Source of the DNA: a virus
IMG/VR virus record: IMGVR_UViG_3300042892_002114
Coordinates: 27,315-91,314 of that record
Strand: one strand, 5' to 3'
DNA length: 64,000 nucleotides
This document shows, one piece after another, positions 18,372 through 29,424 of the stretch (position 1 is the first letter of the stretch; each line of letters begins with the position of its first letter). The notes beneath the pieces were generated by a model that made no database searches, was not told where the DNA came from, and saw nothing but the letters and a program-made list of their open reading frames with translations. Both the position numbers and the translations under genes were made by a program.

Positions 18372-18863
18372 TCAACCCGCTAAACTTAATACTATAGCAT
18401 CTCTAACATCTTCCATTCTTTTTTCTTCATTGCCCTTTTTATTAAGAATAGTCCAAGGCTTCATGTCATATAACTTCTCAACTTGCTCTTTTACAAACAC
18501 TTTTGACTTTATTCCTTTGGCACGCGCCATGCCAAATGCTTTCTTTCGTGCTGTTTGAGCATGTATGCTATCTACTTTCAATTTATAATGGTTTTCTAGT
18601 ATATAACCAACAACTGCCTTGTTTTTAACAAGTTTGATTATAACTTGCTGCGAAGTGCCTCCACCAGCAAATCCAAACAAGCTTTCTTCAATCATTATTT
18701 TCTCAAAAGTTTGATCTTTTAAAGCAGTTATAATAAGTTCTGCTTTAGCAGCATACTCAATCGCATCTGAAATATCAACAAACCCAGCACCAAGAATAAT
18801 CTTATCTTCTGCTACAGCCCAACCACAAGTTGTGGTGGATAAATCTAATCCCAATACTTTCAT
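18372..18863 (-). CDS. RuvC-like Holliday junction resolvase
   Basis: VLGLDLSTTTCGWA, IMIEE and C-terminal D..DA RNase H-fold acidic residues. Confidence 0.8.
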   Translation of the reverse strand: MKVLGLDLSTTTCGWAVAEDKIILGAGFVDISDAIEYAAKAELIITALKDQTFEKIMIEESLFGFAGGGTSQQVIIKLVKNKAVVGYILENHYKLKVDSIHAQTARKKAFGMARAKGIKSKVFVKEQVEKLYDMKPWTILNKKGNEEKRMEDVRDAIVLSLAG

Positions 18864-18886
18864 ATAACCTTTTTATAAAAATTATA

Positions 18887-19216
18887 TTACAAACGACCAG
18901 ATGGTGCGTACTTTGTGGTATTAATACCTTTGGTATCAATGTAATTCAATCCCGCGTCTGTAAATTGGGTGATTTGAATTGGTTGCTTGATCTTAAAGTT
19001 TGCTTGTGCAAAATCGTTTCCGGCTGCGCCAATTGGAGTTCCGTTGATTGCATTGGTTGCGGTGTTATCCAAGCCCACATCTTTGGCACTGCCGCCACCA
19101 ACGTTGGCAAGATCTTGATATCTTTTATAAATACCTTCAAGACCGCCATCGGTCAATGAATGTCTGTCAATTGGTGCTTTTGGATCTGGTCTTGGACTTG
19201 TTGAACCTGGGTGCAT
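18887..19216 (-). CDS. Hypothetical protein (possibly virion)
   Basis: 109-aa ORF with AGGAGA Shine-Dalgarno and ATATTTAT motif upstream. Confidence 0.65.
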   Translation of the reverse strand: MHPGSTSPRPDPKAPIDRHSLTDGGLEGIYKRYQDLANVGGGSAKDVGLDNTATNAINGTPIGAAGNDFAQANFKIKQPIQITQFTDAGLNYIDTKGINTTKYAPSGRL

Positions 19217-19252
19217 ATATAGTTTCTCCTGTTGTTTATTATAAATATAATG

Positions 19253-22200
19253 TTATGTATCAAAACGGACAATAATATTGACTGGCCAATCAATTAAATT
19301 TTTTATAGGACGGCCAAGTTTGCCAACTGCCACAAGTTGATTGTCTTGATATAATCCAATCGTAGTAACACATGGTGACAAGAATGAACCAGTTGCGTCA
19401 TATGATGAACTATATTGATAACCAATAAATTCTGGATTTACTCTGAATGGATTGTTGCCGCAATATGGATTTAGATAATCTTCTATATCTTTGACATATC
19501 TACGAGTTGAATCTGATGTGAGATATTGTGCCAAAGTACTTGGATTTAATCTCTTCAACACATATAGTGCCAATATATAACCATCATTCATGTTGATTTT
19601 TCCATCACCATCAATATCCAATAAACCAGTATCATATAAATTATTTGTTATAAACATATATGCAGTGTTGTTGAATGCTGACAAATATGAATATTTGATG
19701 CTGGATGCCGTATCATCTTCTTGTTGTAACACATCTTCGGATTCTGTTTGAAGAATATCATTTGCCCACCAACTAAAATCGGTGTTTGTGTCTTGTTCCA
19801 AAACAATGCCATTATCATCCAACACATAATCTGCATAAAACTTCTTGAGTTTCAAGTATCTCATGATAAGATCTACATCTTTATAATCAAACACACCATC
19901 TTGATTTACATCAAATGTAAGAGGGTTTGGCTGCAATGAAGTTGGGTTGGTACTATAATTAAATTCACCCGGTCTTATTGACACAAGATATTCATGTTCA
20001 TATATTGTATGAGCACCTTGATAATCCAAAGTAAATCCGCGAGAACCAGTTCCTGTCATCACATCATGATACATTGAAGATGTATTGGTGATGGCCAAAT
20101 GTCCATTCTTATAAAACACATTGCCAATCTTTGGATCAACTTCATATTTGTTCATGTCATACACAAACACAGAACCAGAATATGATGATGAAAATGAACC
20201 AGATTGATTTATTGGGTCCAACGCATCATTGCAAACGGAACCAACCACCAAATTCTGCCAGTCTCCACCCGCCATTATGCTTCCGGACCATGCACAGAAT
20301 GAATATGTAAAAGGCGATACACTCTGTGTGACAAAGTGGTTGGTGTTGCCATTACTTCCGCTGTACCAGATATCCATGTAATAATCTCCGTAGTAAAGAA
20401 CGGAATCTACGGTGTATGAATAAGAACGAATGGAAGGAGCTAAATTTACGATTGGTGCTCCGACGCACATAAAATCGGATGCGATAGAAACAGAATATCC
20501 GTAGATATTGTATGGATGATTTTCTTCTTTGTTTCTTCTCAATTCACCGGCTCTATACCAGTTGTCATTTGTAAAATCAAAATTATACAATGTCACTCTA
20601 CCCAACACAGAATCTAAAGAAGCAGAAGATTCATATGCATAATTTTCCAATATATAAGAACCGCTAGAATATACCACAGTTCTACCCAAAGTATCTGGTA
20701 ATGAAGTAACTGCGGCTGTTGTACCGTCAATAGATACGGCATGTCCAAAATTATTATTGGTCAGATATTCTCTGTTTCCAAATGTTTTTGTCAGAAGGTC
20801 ATATTGCCACGCCAAACATGCTTCATCATATCTATATGTGTATAAATATGCCGCGCCCAAAATCATAGCATTTCCTGTATATCCATAGTATGGCTTAAAA
20901 CCTTTATCGGCTTTGCACCCGATAATCAAGTTTTTTCCGCTTATATCCACGCTGTAACCAAACATGTCGGACACAATTGTATCGGACGCATCGACGGAAT
21001 ATTCCGGAGCATCAATATTCAAATCACCATAACCCGAAGTTGCGGTGAATAGTTGATTTTGGCTCCAAGATGCAGTTGGGCATGCGGATAGAGATGCTGA
21101 GTGATAAGAACATGTGAACACAGCCGCGTAGCCTTTACCGGGTTTGTTTGTTCCTACAACCAATCGGTTTGAATCTAAAGATACACACCATCCAAAGTTG
21201 TCACCGACAGACTGATTGCTTGGAGTGATTGTAGTTTCATACACCCACGAATAGTTTCCGGAAACAAATGTTGGTGTATAACTTTGTGACGCAATATATG
21301 AACCGGTTTGCAGTTCTTTGCAAAAATCTTCTTGTGTAACAACCTGCATCCACACGGAACCGGTGTTGATACTTTGACATGGATATTCAGCATCCATGTA
21401 TCTTTTCTTTCTGTACAAATATACTGCACCCTTACTGCCGCTAACACCTGTAGCACCAACCGCTAATATATCATTGTCTATTGCAACCGACGCGCCAAAT
21501 CTGTCTCCGTTGCTTTTTCCTTTTAGAATATTAATTATTCCCCAATTATCTTCGCCACCCTTGTATCTGTCATAAACACACACAAAACCTGGATACATAC
21601 TTGAAGAACATACTGAACCCGTTGGAGAACCAACCGCCAAAAAATTATCTCGCACACACACAGATGTTCCAAAAGAATCTTTAAAATATGACGATGTGTC
21701 TGTCAAACTTTGAGTAAATGGAAAATGAATCTTTGCAATTGGACGATGATGACCCCGAGTTTCATCATACTTGAATAACGCGGCATGACCAATGCGAGCA
21801 TCGGATAAACTATAAGCATCCATAGATGAACCAACCGCAACATATTTGGACCAACAACTCACAGATTCACCAAAGTGTTCATTTTCGGGAAAAAATAAAT
21901 CCTGATGACTTCCTGTGTTTAATACCCACTCAGATCCACTTGATACTGGTGGAACATATGTTACTTGAAGCCCCATCGCCATATATTGTTTGGCATTAAT
22001 ATAATTAACATATTGCGTGGAACCATTACTAAATGTTACATAAAATAAACCACTACCCGTGTCCCATTGTGAAATTGATACGTGAGTGTCTCTTATTGCT
22101 TGTATCTCTGCCGTTGATGGAAAGTGCGAACCGGTTGCATACAAGTTGGTGTAACCATCGTCATGAATTTTTAGAGTCTGGTGAATATCAGAATCATCCA

Positions 22201-22633
22201 CAAGTTTAACCGTATTTGGTATAACTTTTTCACCATATACATTATGTTTCAATGTGGCAGTGATGATGCGATCATGAATTTCACGAACTTCTTCTTTTCC
22301 AGTTTTTGGATCTTGTGTATATTCTTCAACACCAAACAACTTGATTGGTTCGCCGACATTCTTATAAAACATAGCATCGGTCATACTATGTATATTTCTG
22401 GCATATTTACCAGAAGAATTTATTGGCTCATTGGTTGATACATAGTATATGCTACCAGACGGATAAAATGGAGTTGAAAGTTTAAGACCTTCATTCACTT
22501 CCATTCTTCCATTATAATAAGTGCTATCACCATATGTGTTTACGCTCGCAGAATCAATGCTTTGTAATGTCCAATGCTTGAACGTGCTAAATGGTCTTAC
22601 TGTGATGTCTCCCGCAGTGAACTGCTTAATCAT
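19253..22633 (-). CDS. Virion/baseplate-associated protein with FG-GAP-like beta-propeller repeats and paired EF-hand/dockerin-like loops
   Basis: Repeated FGxSV..xVGA blades; DVNQDGVFDYKD and DIDGDGKINMND; C-terminal TTIGLY..LVAVGKL..P shared with the neighbouring gene. Confidence 0.7.
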   Translation of the reverse strand: MIKQFTAGDITVRPFSTFKHWTLQSIDSASVNTYGDSTYYNGRMEVNEGLKLSTPFYPSGSIYYVSTNEPINSSGKYARNIHSMTDAMFYKNVGEPIKLFGVEEYTQDPKTGKEEVREIHDRIITATLKHNVYGEKVIPNTVKLVDDSDIHQTLKIHDDGYTNLYATGSHFPSTAEIQAIRDTHVSISQWDTGSGLFYVTFSNGSTQYVNYINAKQYMAMGLQVTYVPPVSSGSEWVLNTGSHQDLFFPENEHFGESVSCWSKYVAVGSSMDAYSLSDARIGHAALFKYDETRGHHRPIAKIHFPFTQSLTDTSSYFKDSFGTSVCVRDNFLAVGSPTGSVCSSSMYPGFVCVYDRYKGGEDNWGIINILKGKSNGDRFGASVAIDNDILAVGATGVSGSKGAVYLYRKKRYMDAEYPCQSINTGSVWMQVVTQEDFCKELQTGSYIASQSYTPTFVSGNYSWVYETTITPSNQSVGDNFGWCVSLDSNRLVVGTNKPGKGYAAVFTCSYHSASLSACPTASWSQNQLFTATSGYGDLNIDAPEYSVDASDTIVSDMFGYSVDISGKNLIIGCKADKGFKPYYGYTGNAMILGAAYLYTYRYDEACLAWQYDLLTKTFGNREYLTNNNFGHAVSIDGTTAAVTSLPDTLGRTVVYSSGSYILENYAYESSASLDSVLGRVTLYNFDFTNDNWYRAGELRRNKEENHPYNIYGYSVSIASDFMCVGAPIVNLAPSIRSYSYTVDSVLYYGDYYMDIWYSGSNGNTNHFVTQSVSPFTYSFCAWSGSIMAGGDWQNLVVGSVCNDALDPINQSGSFSSSYSGSVFVYDMNKYEVDPKIGNVFYKNGHLAITNTSSMYHDVMTGTGSRGFTLDYQGAHTIYEHEYLVSIRPGEFNYSTNPTSLQPNPLTFDVNQDGVFDYKDVDLIMRYLKLKKFYADYVLDDNGIVLEQDTNTDFSWWANDILQTESEDVLQQEDDTASSIKYSYLSAFNNTAYMFITNNLYDTGLLDIDGDGKINMNDGYILALYVLKRLNPSTLAQYLTSDSTRRYVKDIEDYLNPYCGNNPFRVNPEFIGYQYSSSYDATGSFLSPCVTTIGLYQDNQLVAVGKLGRPIKNLIDWPVNIIVRFDT

Positions 22634-22674
22634 ATAGACATAAATATTTGTCTACACTGGGATTTACCCGTTAC

Positions 22675-23823
22675 TCAAACATCAATTTTTATTTTTATCA
22701 AGCACTCGTTGGTAAAGTCTTTTAACAACGGCTGACTCAACTTGGCAACTGCAACAAGGTCGTTGTTGTCATTATATAAACCAACTGTGGTGATATATAC
22801 CTTTGGATTGGTATAAAAATCGCTAAATCTTAGCTTACCAATGTCTTGAGAATTGCTCGGATTATCGTTATCGGATATTACAAATGTTGGATTGTTGCTG
22901 TAGTTGTATTCTTGGTTCTTTACTCGAACAAAGAAGTGACGAGCAGGAACATATTCAGTTACTCTGGCTTTCATACCACTAAATACCGCACCGTTCTTTA
23001 TAGAACTAAACAACAAATTGCTCATGCGAGCAAATTGTGATCCCCATTCGTTTGCAGTATTCCAGTACAAAGAGTATCCATCAACTTTACCAATCAATTC
23101 ATGTACCTTCTTGGCATTTAGAATAATAATACCCAAGTCTGGATACATCAAACCAATTGCTTGATAATTTCTTGTAGAAAGAGAACCGGAAGCCAATGTT
23201 CCTTGTAGCAGGTTGTATCTCTTACCACCAGTTTGAACGCCGGTGTCTGGATTAATTCTAGAGTCATCAATTATTGTGATTATGGTTCCGAAACCACCCA
23301 CACCGGAACCACTCAGTGTCATTTCAAATTGACCGGGATCTAATTTGTCTTTATACTTAGCATTTCTAAAAGAAATTGCGTAGATATCATCCGCGTTTTC
23401 GTATGCATCAGAACCTGAAATAGAAGAAGATATAAACGTGAACTTGTCGTCACCGGGTGACAGCAACAAGTTTCTGTACTGATTATATATTGCCTTGGTT
23501 GGAAACAACAAACTTCCTTGCGAAGAATTTGTGTCGAAAGTAGAAGAACCGGACCCCGCATAATGACCATATGCAATGGAGAAATAAATATCGGAATTTG
23601 ATGATCCGGTTGGAGCATCATACACATTGGTATAGTAAAGACCATTCAATGGTTCAAACAATGAAGAAGATTGTTGGGTTTGACGGCTACTGGTGTAAAA
23701 TGATGAACCCACAGATACGGAACCACTTCCCCATATCGCTTCACCATCACTCCACAATCCGGTGGAAACTGGCTGAGTTCTTCCCGCCACTATGTCTGTC
23801 GAATCAAATTGTTTAAAAATCAT
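22675..23823 (-). CDS. Virion structural protein, paralogous termini with 19253-22633
   Basis: MIFKQFD N-terminus; EYNYSNNPT..TTVGLYND..LVAVAKLSQP C-terminus. Confidence 0.65.
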   Translation of the reverse strand: MIFKQFDSTDIVAGRTQPVSTGLWSDGEAIWGSGSVSVGSSFYTSSRQTQQSSSLFEPLNGLYYTNVYDAPTGSSNSDIYFSIAYGHYAGSGSSTFDTNSSQGSLLFPTKAIYNQYRNLLLSPGDDKFTFISSSISGSDAYENADDIYAISFRNAKYKDKLDPGQFEMTLSGSGVGGFGTIITIIDDSRINPDTGVQTGGKRYNLLQGTLASGSLSTRNYQAIGLMYPDLGIIILNAKKVHELIGKVDGYSLYWNTANEWGSQFARMSNLLFSSIKNGAVFSGMKARVTEYVPARHFFVRVKNQEYNYSNNPTFVISDNDNPSNSQDIGKLRFSDFYTNPKVYITTVGLYNDNNDLVAVAKLSQPLLKDFTNECLIKIKIDV

Positions 23824-23833
23824 TGTGGTAAAA

Positions 23834-24475
23834 TTACGAGGTTGTGGTTCCCTTTACATTCACAGTAACTGGTATTGTTACCGATCCGCCACTTTCATTT
23901 CCAACCACCGTGAGAGTTGCACTCAAGGTTTGTGTCAATGCTGAGTTTGGAACAAAACGGAAACGAAGACCAAGGCTAACTTGAGCAGTCGTCGAAGAAA
24001 CATCTCCAATAAAAGTTGGGATAGTTGCGTTTGTAACATTCTGAAGTTGTTCGCCGATTATTGTGCCAGCCGACTTGTTGGACAAAATTGCTGTATAACC
24101 AAGAGTTGTGTTATACACTGGATTGGTAGAAGGAACAATAACCACTTCTCCCTTATAGTCCTTGTCTACATAAATTGCACTTTGTCCAAGAGAAATGACT
24201 GGGATAGACGTGACTCCGGAAGGCAGAGTAACAAGCTTGTATTTTAGCAACTGAGTTTCGTCAGTGAATGCTTCAAATACCGGTGTGTTGCGAATAGCCA
24301 AATCATAGTAGGCTGAACCCTGTGGGTGATTTGGTTGATACAGACGATAATCAATTTCGTCGTCGGCCAAGGCATATGACTTGATATTCAATCCGCCATT
24401 TGCCGCAAGTAGCTCTCTACCCTTCTTTGTCAAGACCGCATCCACTGTTATTATTTCATTATTGATATACGCCAT
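23834..24475 (-). CDS. Virion structural protein (baseplate region)
   Basis: DAVLTKKGRELLA..ALADDEIDY motif; position within the baseplate module. Confidence 0.6.
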   Translation of the reverse strand: MAYINNEIITVDAVLTKKGRELLAANGGLNIKSYALADDEIDYRLYQPNHPQGSAYYDLAIRNTPVFEAFTDETQLLKYKLVTLPSGVTSIPVISLGQSAIYVDKDYKGEVVIVPSTNPVYNTTLGYTAILSNKSAGTIIGEQLQNVTNATIPTFIGDVSSTTAQVSLGLRFRFVPNSALTQTLSATLTVVGNESGGSVTIPVTVNVKGTTTS

Positions 24476-24526
24476 ATAGTGTTACTTTCTCAATAAATAT
24501 ATATCTGATTACTTTTTTTACTATTT

Positions 24527-27500
24527 TTACACCGTTTTTGTTTCAATTGGCTCAGAGTTATTCAACAAACCGGTGGTAACATCAACAGTAGTTTTTTTAT
24601 TTTGACTGTGCTTTTTCCACTTAAAACGGACTTTTGAATTGTCGTATGAGTTTATTTCCTTTAAAGAAAACTGTCGTTTACCGTATTTATGGTGATTGTT
24701 GAAATACCCATTCAGCAATTCGGCGTTCTGGGGGTAATATTCCATAGATAGTGTTTTTTTATAATCAATGCCAGAAGACAAAGAACCGAAGAATGTACCC
24801 GATGTTCTATATTTGAAGTCGTCGGTGACAGGACCAGTTCCAGATGACAAAAATGTGGTATTATATTTTGCAAGATTCAATGTAGCCGGAACTCCGCCGA
24901 ATATACTTCCAACAAAATGATATGTTCCACCAGAATATGTAAAAGTTCCGGTGTAAATCATAGGATATGCCGAAACATAATCAGCAGTTATAGAAATGCC
25001 GGGTGATGATATTACACCATTTCCCGTCGATCCCCACACAGAACCGGATAATATTGTGCCATTCAATGAATGTGCTGATGATACAGTGAAAGATGTTGGC
25101 AACCCAATTGACGATGGAACAAAGCTGACGCTTCCGCTGTAGTATATATCTTCATAGGAAATTGTCGTGATATATGAAGTTAATTCTGGCAATTTTGCCA
25201 TATTAATTTTGTAATAAGAAGACGACATTGTTTGAACTGTTCCATTCAAATTGACATTTATCTCACGGTCATTGAACGAAGACGATGGTAAATTGTATTT
25301 GTTGTATACTTGATACTGCTTCTTGACTTTGATTACATCGGCTCTGTAATATTCTCCATTATAGTATGTTACTCCATTGTCTGAATATACTCCAAATCCG
25401 TACTGGTCTTCGTCGGTTGGAAAAAATATTTGATTTACATCACTTAAAATTGATGTTCCTTCATTTTTCGTAACCAAAGTATCTTCAAATTTTGGAACCT
25501 GTGTTCCGGCGATTCCGCGATTAACTTCTATGTGCGATTCTTTTTGTTGAATGGTTTCTTGAACCATTGGCTTCAACTGAATCTTCGGACGCTCCAAAAT
25601 GGACGGTTCAATCAAAATACCATCAACGAGGTTGGCTCTGGCTGGAACAACCGACTTGATATATTTGAACATCGCCTTATCAAAATAGAATCGTACCACG
25701 TTCATAAACAACTGATAGTCTATTGCACCAAATCCTTGGTCATAGAATATTTGCCTAAACTTTTCAAATCGAGTGTATGAGCTTGCATACACATATGAAG
25801 GGTCTCCAATTAATTCAGATAACGGATAATTTCCAAAGAACTTGATTATTTCTGTGTTTTGAATTTCTGAAGGAGAGAAGAATATACCAAGTCTATTAGA
25901 TCCCATGCCAACAAGTTCACTTGATTGTAGGGACGAGCGTTCGGTTGAAGACAAGCTTGATATCAACTCTTGTTCAACATAATTTATTTTATTGCTTCCG
26001 AACTTACCAGCACCATAATCAGGTAATTTTACTGTCTGTCTTGAATCCTTGCGAGTAAACTGCCAAGGAAATCCGGGTCCATTTGTAGGATCACATTCGG
26101 TCACTTGCTTCAGCGGAATATTATTTTCTGGGAAGTTTACTGCATCAAACGTCGGAAAATCACTACGGAAAGACAAATTGTTTAAGGTGGTGGAATTTGA
26201 AGGTGCATGCAATTCCAATGGACGTTCAAACGATATTCTGAGAAGATTATCAGAAATCATATTCACCGGAGAATTCATATCATATGCATTCTGATGCAAT
26301 GTGTGATTTTCAAAAACAGAATCGCTGATGGGAGATTCCCAAATTTTTATTTCATCAATGTTTCCAAAGAATGCTTCTGGATCAATATTTAATGAAGCGG
26401 TATTCTGGTTATAGTTACCAATATAAACATGTGAACCAGAACGGAATTGTGTATTACAACTTCCACTCAAATATTGGCTTGCCGTTGCAAAGAATGTTAT
26501 TCTTGAATCCTCGGCTCGTTGCAGTTGCACATCATACTTAATTGGGTATTGATCTATTTGAGACGGAGTGAAATTGTAAACGGAAAATTCTTGGGATGCA
26601 TCATGGCGGCGAAGCATGGCGTGATAGGTATTGCCATCAAACACCGGTGCCTTGTTGGTCATGATAGTCTTTACGCTACCGGAACCATCGTCCAAGCTAA
26701 AGAACAGTTTTCCCCAATCCAATCCTTTGTCTCTATATACACCCAATAACCAACTACCTGGACATTCAGCTAATCTGAATACATGTCCTTCCTCACTTGT
26801 GTTGGTTTTGTCAAACGCAAAGTTGAATTCTAATGTTTGAGCACTTCCAGTCCAGTTGACCTTGAAATATTCCGAATTTCCACCAAAATATGGTTCGTAT
26901 TTTACTTCGTCGATCACATACTCAGAAGTATCTTGTAGATTATGTATATTATGAATTCCACCATACTCTTTTATTTTTATGATATTCTTTGGTATTCCAA
27001 AGCAGCTCAACAATGATGACAATGAAGCTTCTGTACCTTTGGTCTTGTAGATATAAGGCAGGGTGTTGAGAATACGCTTCCAGATGATTTGATTCCGCTG
27101 TTCTTCGGACAATTGTCTAGTTTGGTTATACAACTCTGTGCCAATATCAAAATCGTTTTGATTAAATGAAGACAATAATAACGGTAGATTCTCTTTAGAA
27201 ATCTCCGCTTCCCATCCAAGCGATGCCAACATGTCTTCAACAATGTCCACAGAAATACCATAATTTGAACTGTTGGAATAATTGTTTTTCTCAGTGATTT
27301 GCTTGATGCTCAAAGAAAGATTGTCAAAGAAATGACCAACCATGCCAACAAACTTTATATAATCAATATTGGCATCCGATTCTTCCACCATGAATTGTGG
27401 AAGATTGTTAATTAAAGAATTTCCATTGCTGCGATCATACAAAGACGACGAACCAATATGCTCCGTATACCATACAGGATTGTTGTACAAGAATTTCTCA

Positions 27501-29206
27501 TACCCATCCATTGAAGTTTCAATGTTGTCTATTTCCGTGTTAGCGTCTGTACGTTCTTTTATATAAAACTGATCGTCTGGATTGCTATCAAGTTTGGTTG
27601 TAAAATATTCTATGTCGCCTTGCAATTTTTCAATTTGAGACTTTTTTGTATCAAATGCGGAAACTCTTAAAGTTGCTGATGAGAAATTTACAAAGTTTTC
27701 AAATTTTCTGTAATTTGTATTATCAACAATGGTATCAAACGGAACACTTATCTTGGAAACCATTTCGCTGTACGCACTGCCGGTTTGGTTTATCAATTGT
27801 TCCATTGATAAAGCTTCTGTAGCATTACCCTGACTCTCAATCCTAACCAAAAAATTTGGACCCTTTAACCGAATCGTTTGTATATTTGGTTTGGTAAAAT
27901 AGTATAAATTCTGAACTATAGGAAGAAATCCAAAGTTGTTCGAGATCCACAGATCATCTCCAACTGATATTGACGATGGTAAAGGATCGCTCAGTTTTAA
28001 TACCAACTTATCGTAAAATCTTGGATCGGCGGTGGAAACCACCTTTTTATTGAGAATGGAATATTTTTTATCTCCGTCAAAATTTACATAATTCTTAAAA
28101 TATCCGGACAAATATATGTTGTGCTTTGCCTCTATAACATAAATTTCCGGATAAAAAATGAGATTATAATAGATATACCCAAGAAATTCTAGTATAGAGT
28201 TATAATCGTCCGGCTTCCTGTTGGTTATTCTGTTGAGTTCTTGATCAACTACAAATCTGAATATGCTATAATAGTAGTCGCGTACATCTTGAAAATTGGT
28301 ACCGGACTCATAATTCTGATATAACCAGTTTTTGAATTGGTCATATATTCCAAGAATATCATTTGTAGAAATTTCTCCACTGTTGCGAATGTTACCCTTC
28401 TTCACGCCATAGAACATGTCGGTCAGAAGATTTATAGCATCAATATCATTACCAGATTCCGATTCTCTGCTGTTCAATCCGTAATTATACTTAAAGCTTG
28501 CGGCGGCATTTAAATATTGATTTTTCGCCGCGTAATATAAATTGTATATTGGTGGAGAAGAAATAGAATCTGTAAGAGACTCTGCGATTTCCTTAATTTG
28601 AAATTGATAATTTAAGAATACATTAAATTCATCAACGGTGTTTGATCGTATTCCTTTTAGAGTCTTGGGAATTATTGCTATTTCAGTTCTTGATGTAGAG
28701 ATTGTATCTATTATCAGCTTTTCGTCCGAACCGGATTCTGTTCCAACCAAATTTCTCAATAATTCTATGGAAACCTTGTAATTTCCATCGGTTATTCCCA
28801 CATTGTTCAACTCTTTGGATACATCCAATAAAATAGAACTTGTTAAAACGGAACCGGATGTATTTGTTGAATCGGTTGTTTCGGAATAATCTGGCGTCGA
28901 ATCTATAATAGGAAGAGTACTATTAAACTTCTCGTATGAATAAGTAACATATTTGTTGGTTACATCATAATATGACTGAGTATTTTTTGTATACGATCCG
29001 GACGACATGATCACGGATGCAGTTACTTGAGACTCATCAAAATTGAATACTGAGATCTTTATTATGTCCTTATCCGACTCCCCAAACGGAAAATTAACAT
29101 AAGTTTGATTCTCGGTATAAAACTTCAAATCTTTTTCAGAAAAAGTAGAACCAACATTCAAAGAAGATGTGGATTGTGTTCTATATTTTATATCTGTAAG
29201 TTTCAT
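24527..29206 (-). CDS. Large baseplate/tail structural protein
   Basis: 1559 aa; YIYKTKGT..L..FG wedge-like motif; LamG-like GNIDEIKIW segment; context. Confidence 0.65.
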   Translation of the reverse strand: MKLTDIKYRTQSTSSLNVGSTFSEKDLKFYTENQTYVNFPFGESDKDIIKISVFNFDESQVTASVIMSSGSYTKNTQSYYDVTNKYVTYSYEKFNSTLPIIDSTPDYSETTDSTNTSGSVLTSSILLDVSKELNNVGITDGNYKVSIELLRNLVGTESGSDEKLIIDTISTSRTEIAIIPKTLKGIRSNTVDEFNVFLNYQFQIKEIAESLTDSISSPPIYNLYYAAKNQYLNAAASFKYNYGLNSRESESGNDIDAINLLTDMFYGVKKGNIRNSGEISTNDILGIYDQFKNWLYQNYESGTNFQDVRDYYYSIFRFVVDQELNRITNRKPDDYNSILEFLGYIYYNLIFYPEIYVIEAKHNIYLSGYFKNYVNFDGDKKYSILNKKVVSTADPRFYDKLVLKLSDPLPSSISVGDDLWISNNFGFLPIVQNLYYFTKPNIQTIRLKGPNFLVRIESQGNATEALSMEQLINQTGSAYSEMVSKISVPFDTIVDNTNYRKFENFVNFSSATLRVSAFDTKKSQIEKLQGDIEYFTTKLDSNPDDQFYIKERTDANTEIDNIETSMDGYEKFLYNNPVWYTEHIGSSSLYDRSNGNSLINNLPQFMVEESDANIDYIKFVGMVGHFFDNLSLSIKQITEKNNYSNSSNYGISVDIVEDMLASLGWEAEISKENLPLLLSSFNQNDFDIGTELYNQTRQLSEEQRNQIIWKRILNTLPYIYKTKGTEASLSSLLSCFGIPKNIIKIKEYGGIHNIHNLQDTSEYVIDEVKYEPYFGGNSEYFKVNWTGSAQTLEFNFAFDKTNTSEEGHVFRLAECPGSWLLGVYRDKGLDWGKLFFSLDDGSGSVKTIMTNKAPVFDGNTYHAMLRRHDASQEFSVYNFTPSQIDQYPIKYDVQLQRAEDSRITFFATASQYLSGSCNTQFRSGSHVYIGNYNQNTASLNIDPEAFFGNIDEIKIWESPISDSVFENHTLHQNAYDMNSPVNMISDNLLRISFERPLELHAPSNSTTLNNLSFRSDFPTFDAVNFPENNIPLKQVTECDPTNGPGFPWQFTRKDSRQTVKLPDYGAGKFGSNKINYVEQELISSLSSTERSSLQSSELVGMGSNRLGIFFSPSEIQNTEIIKFFGNYPLSELIGDPSYVYASSYTRFEKFRQIFYDQGFGAIDYQLFMNVVRFYFDKAMFKYIKSVVPARANLVDGILIEPSILERPKIQLKPMVQETIQQKESHIEVNRGIAGTQVPKFEDTLVTKNEGTSILSDVNQIFFPTDEDQYGFGVYSDNGVTYYNGEYYRADVIKVKKQYQVYNKYNLPSSSFNDREINVNLNGTVQTMSSSYYKINMAKLPELTSYITTISYEDIYYSGSVSFVPSSIGLPTSFTVSSAHSLNGTILSGSVWGSTGNGVISSPGISITADYVSAYPMIYTGTFTYSGGTYHFVGSIFGGVPATLNLAKYNTTFLSSGTGPVTDDFKYRTSGTFFGSLSSGIDYKKTLSMEYYPQNAELLNGYFNNHHKYGKRQFSLKEINSYDNSKVRFKWKKHSQNKKTTVDVTTGLLNNSEPIETKTV

Positions 29207-29424
29207 AGTTCTTTGAATGTAACATCATATTTTGTTTCTACTTTGATTGGATCATACACAACATTCTGTAAAGGAATGGTTATCGAGGATGAATACAACT
29301 GGCCACTAACATTTTGTATAATCAAATTACCGTATGAATCTATGTTTGGGATTATTGACCCGCTGGAATATAGAGTCTGTATATCATTTTGATTATAACC
29401 TGTCAGATATGGATTTGGTTTCAT
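29203..29424 (-). CDS. Hypothetical protein
   Basis: 73 aa; translationally coupled (4-nt overlaps) on both sides. Confidence 0.65.
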   Translation of the reverse strand: MKPNPYLTGYNQNDIQTLYSSGSIIPNIDSYGNLIIQNVSGQLYSSSITIPLQNVVYDPIKVETKYDVTFKEL

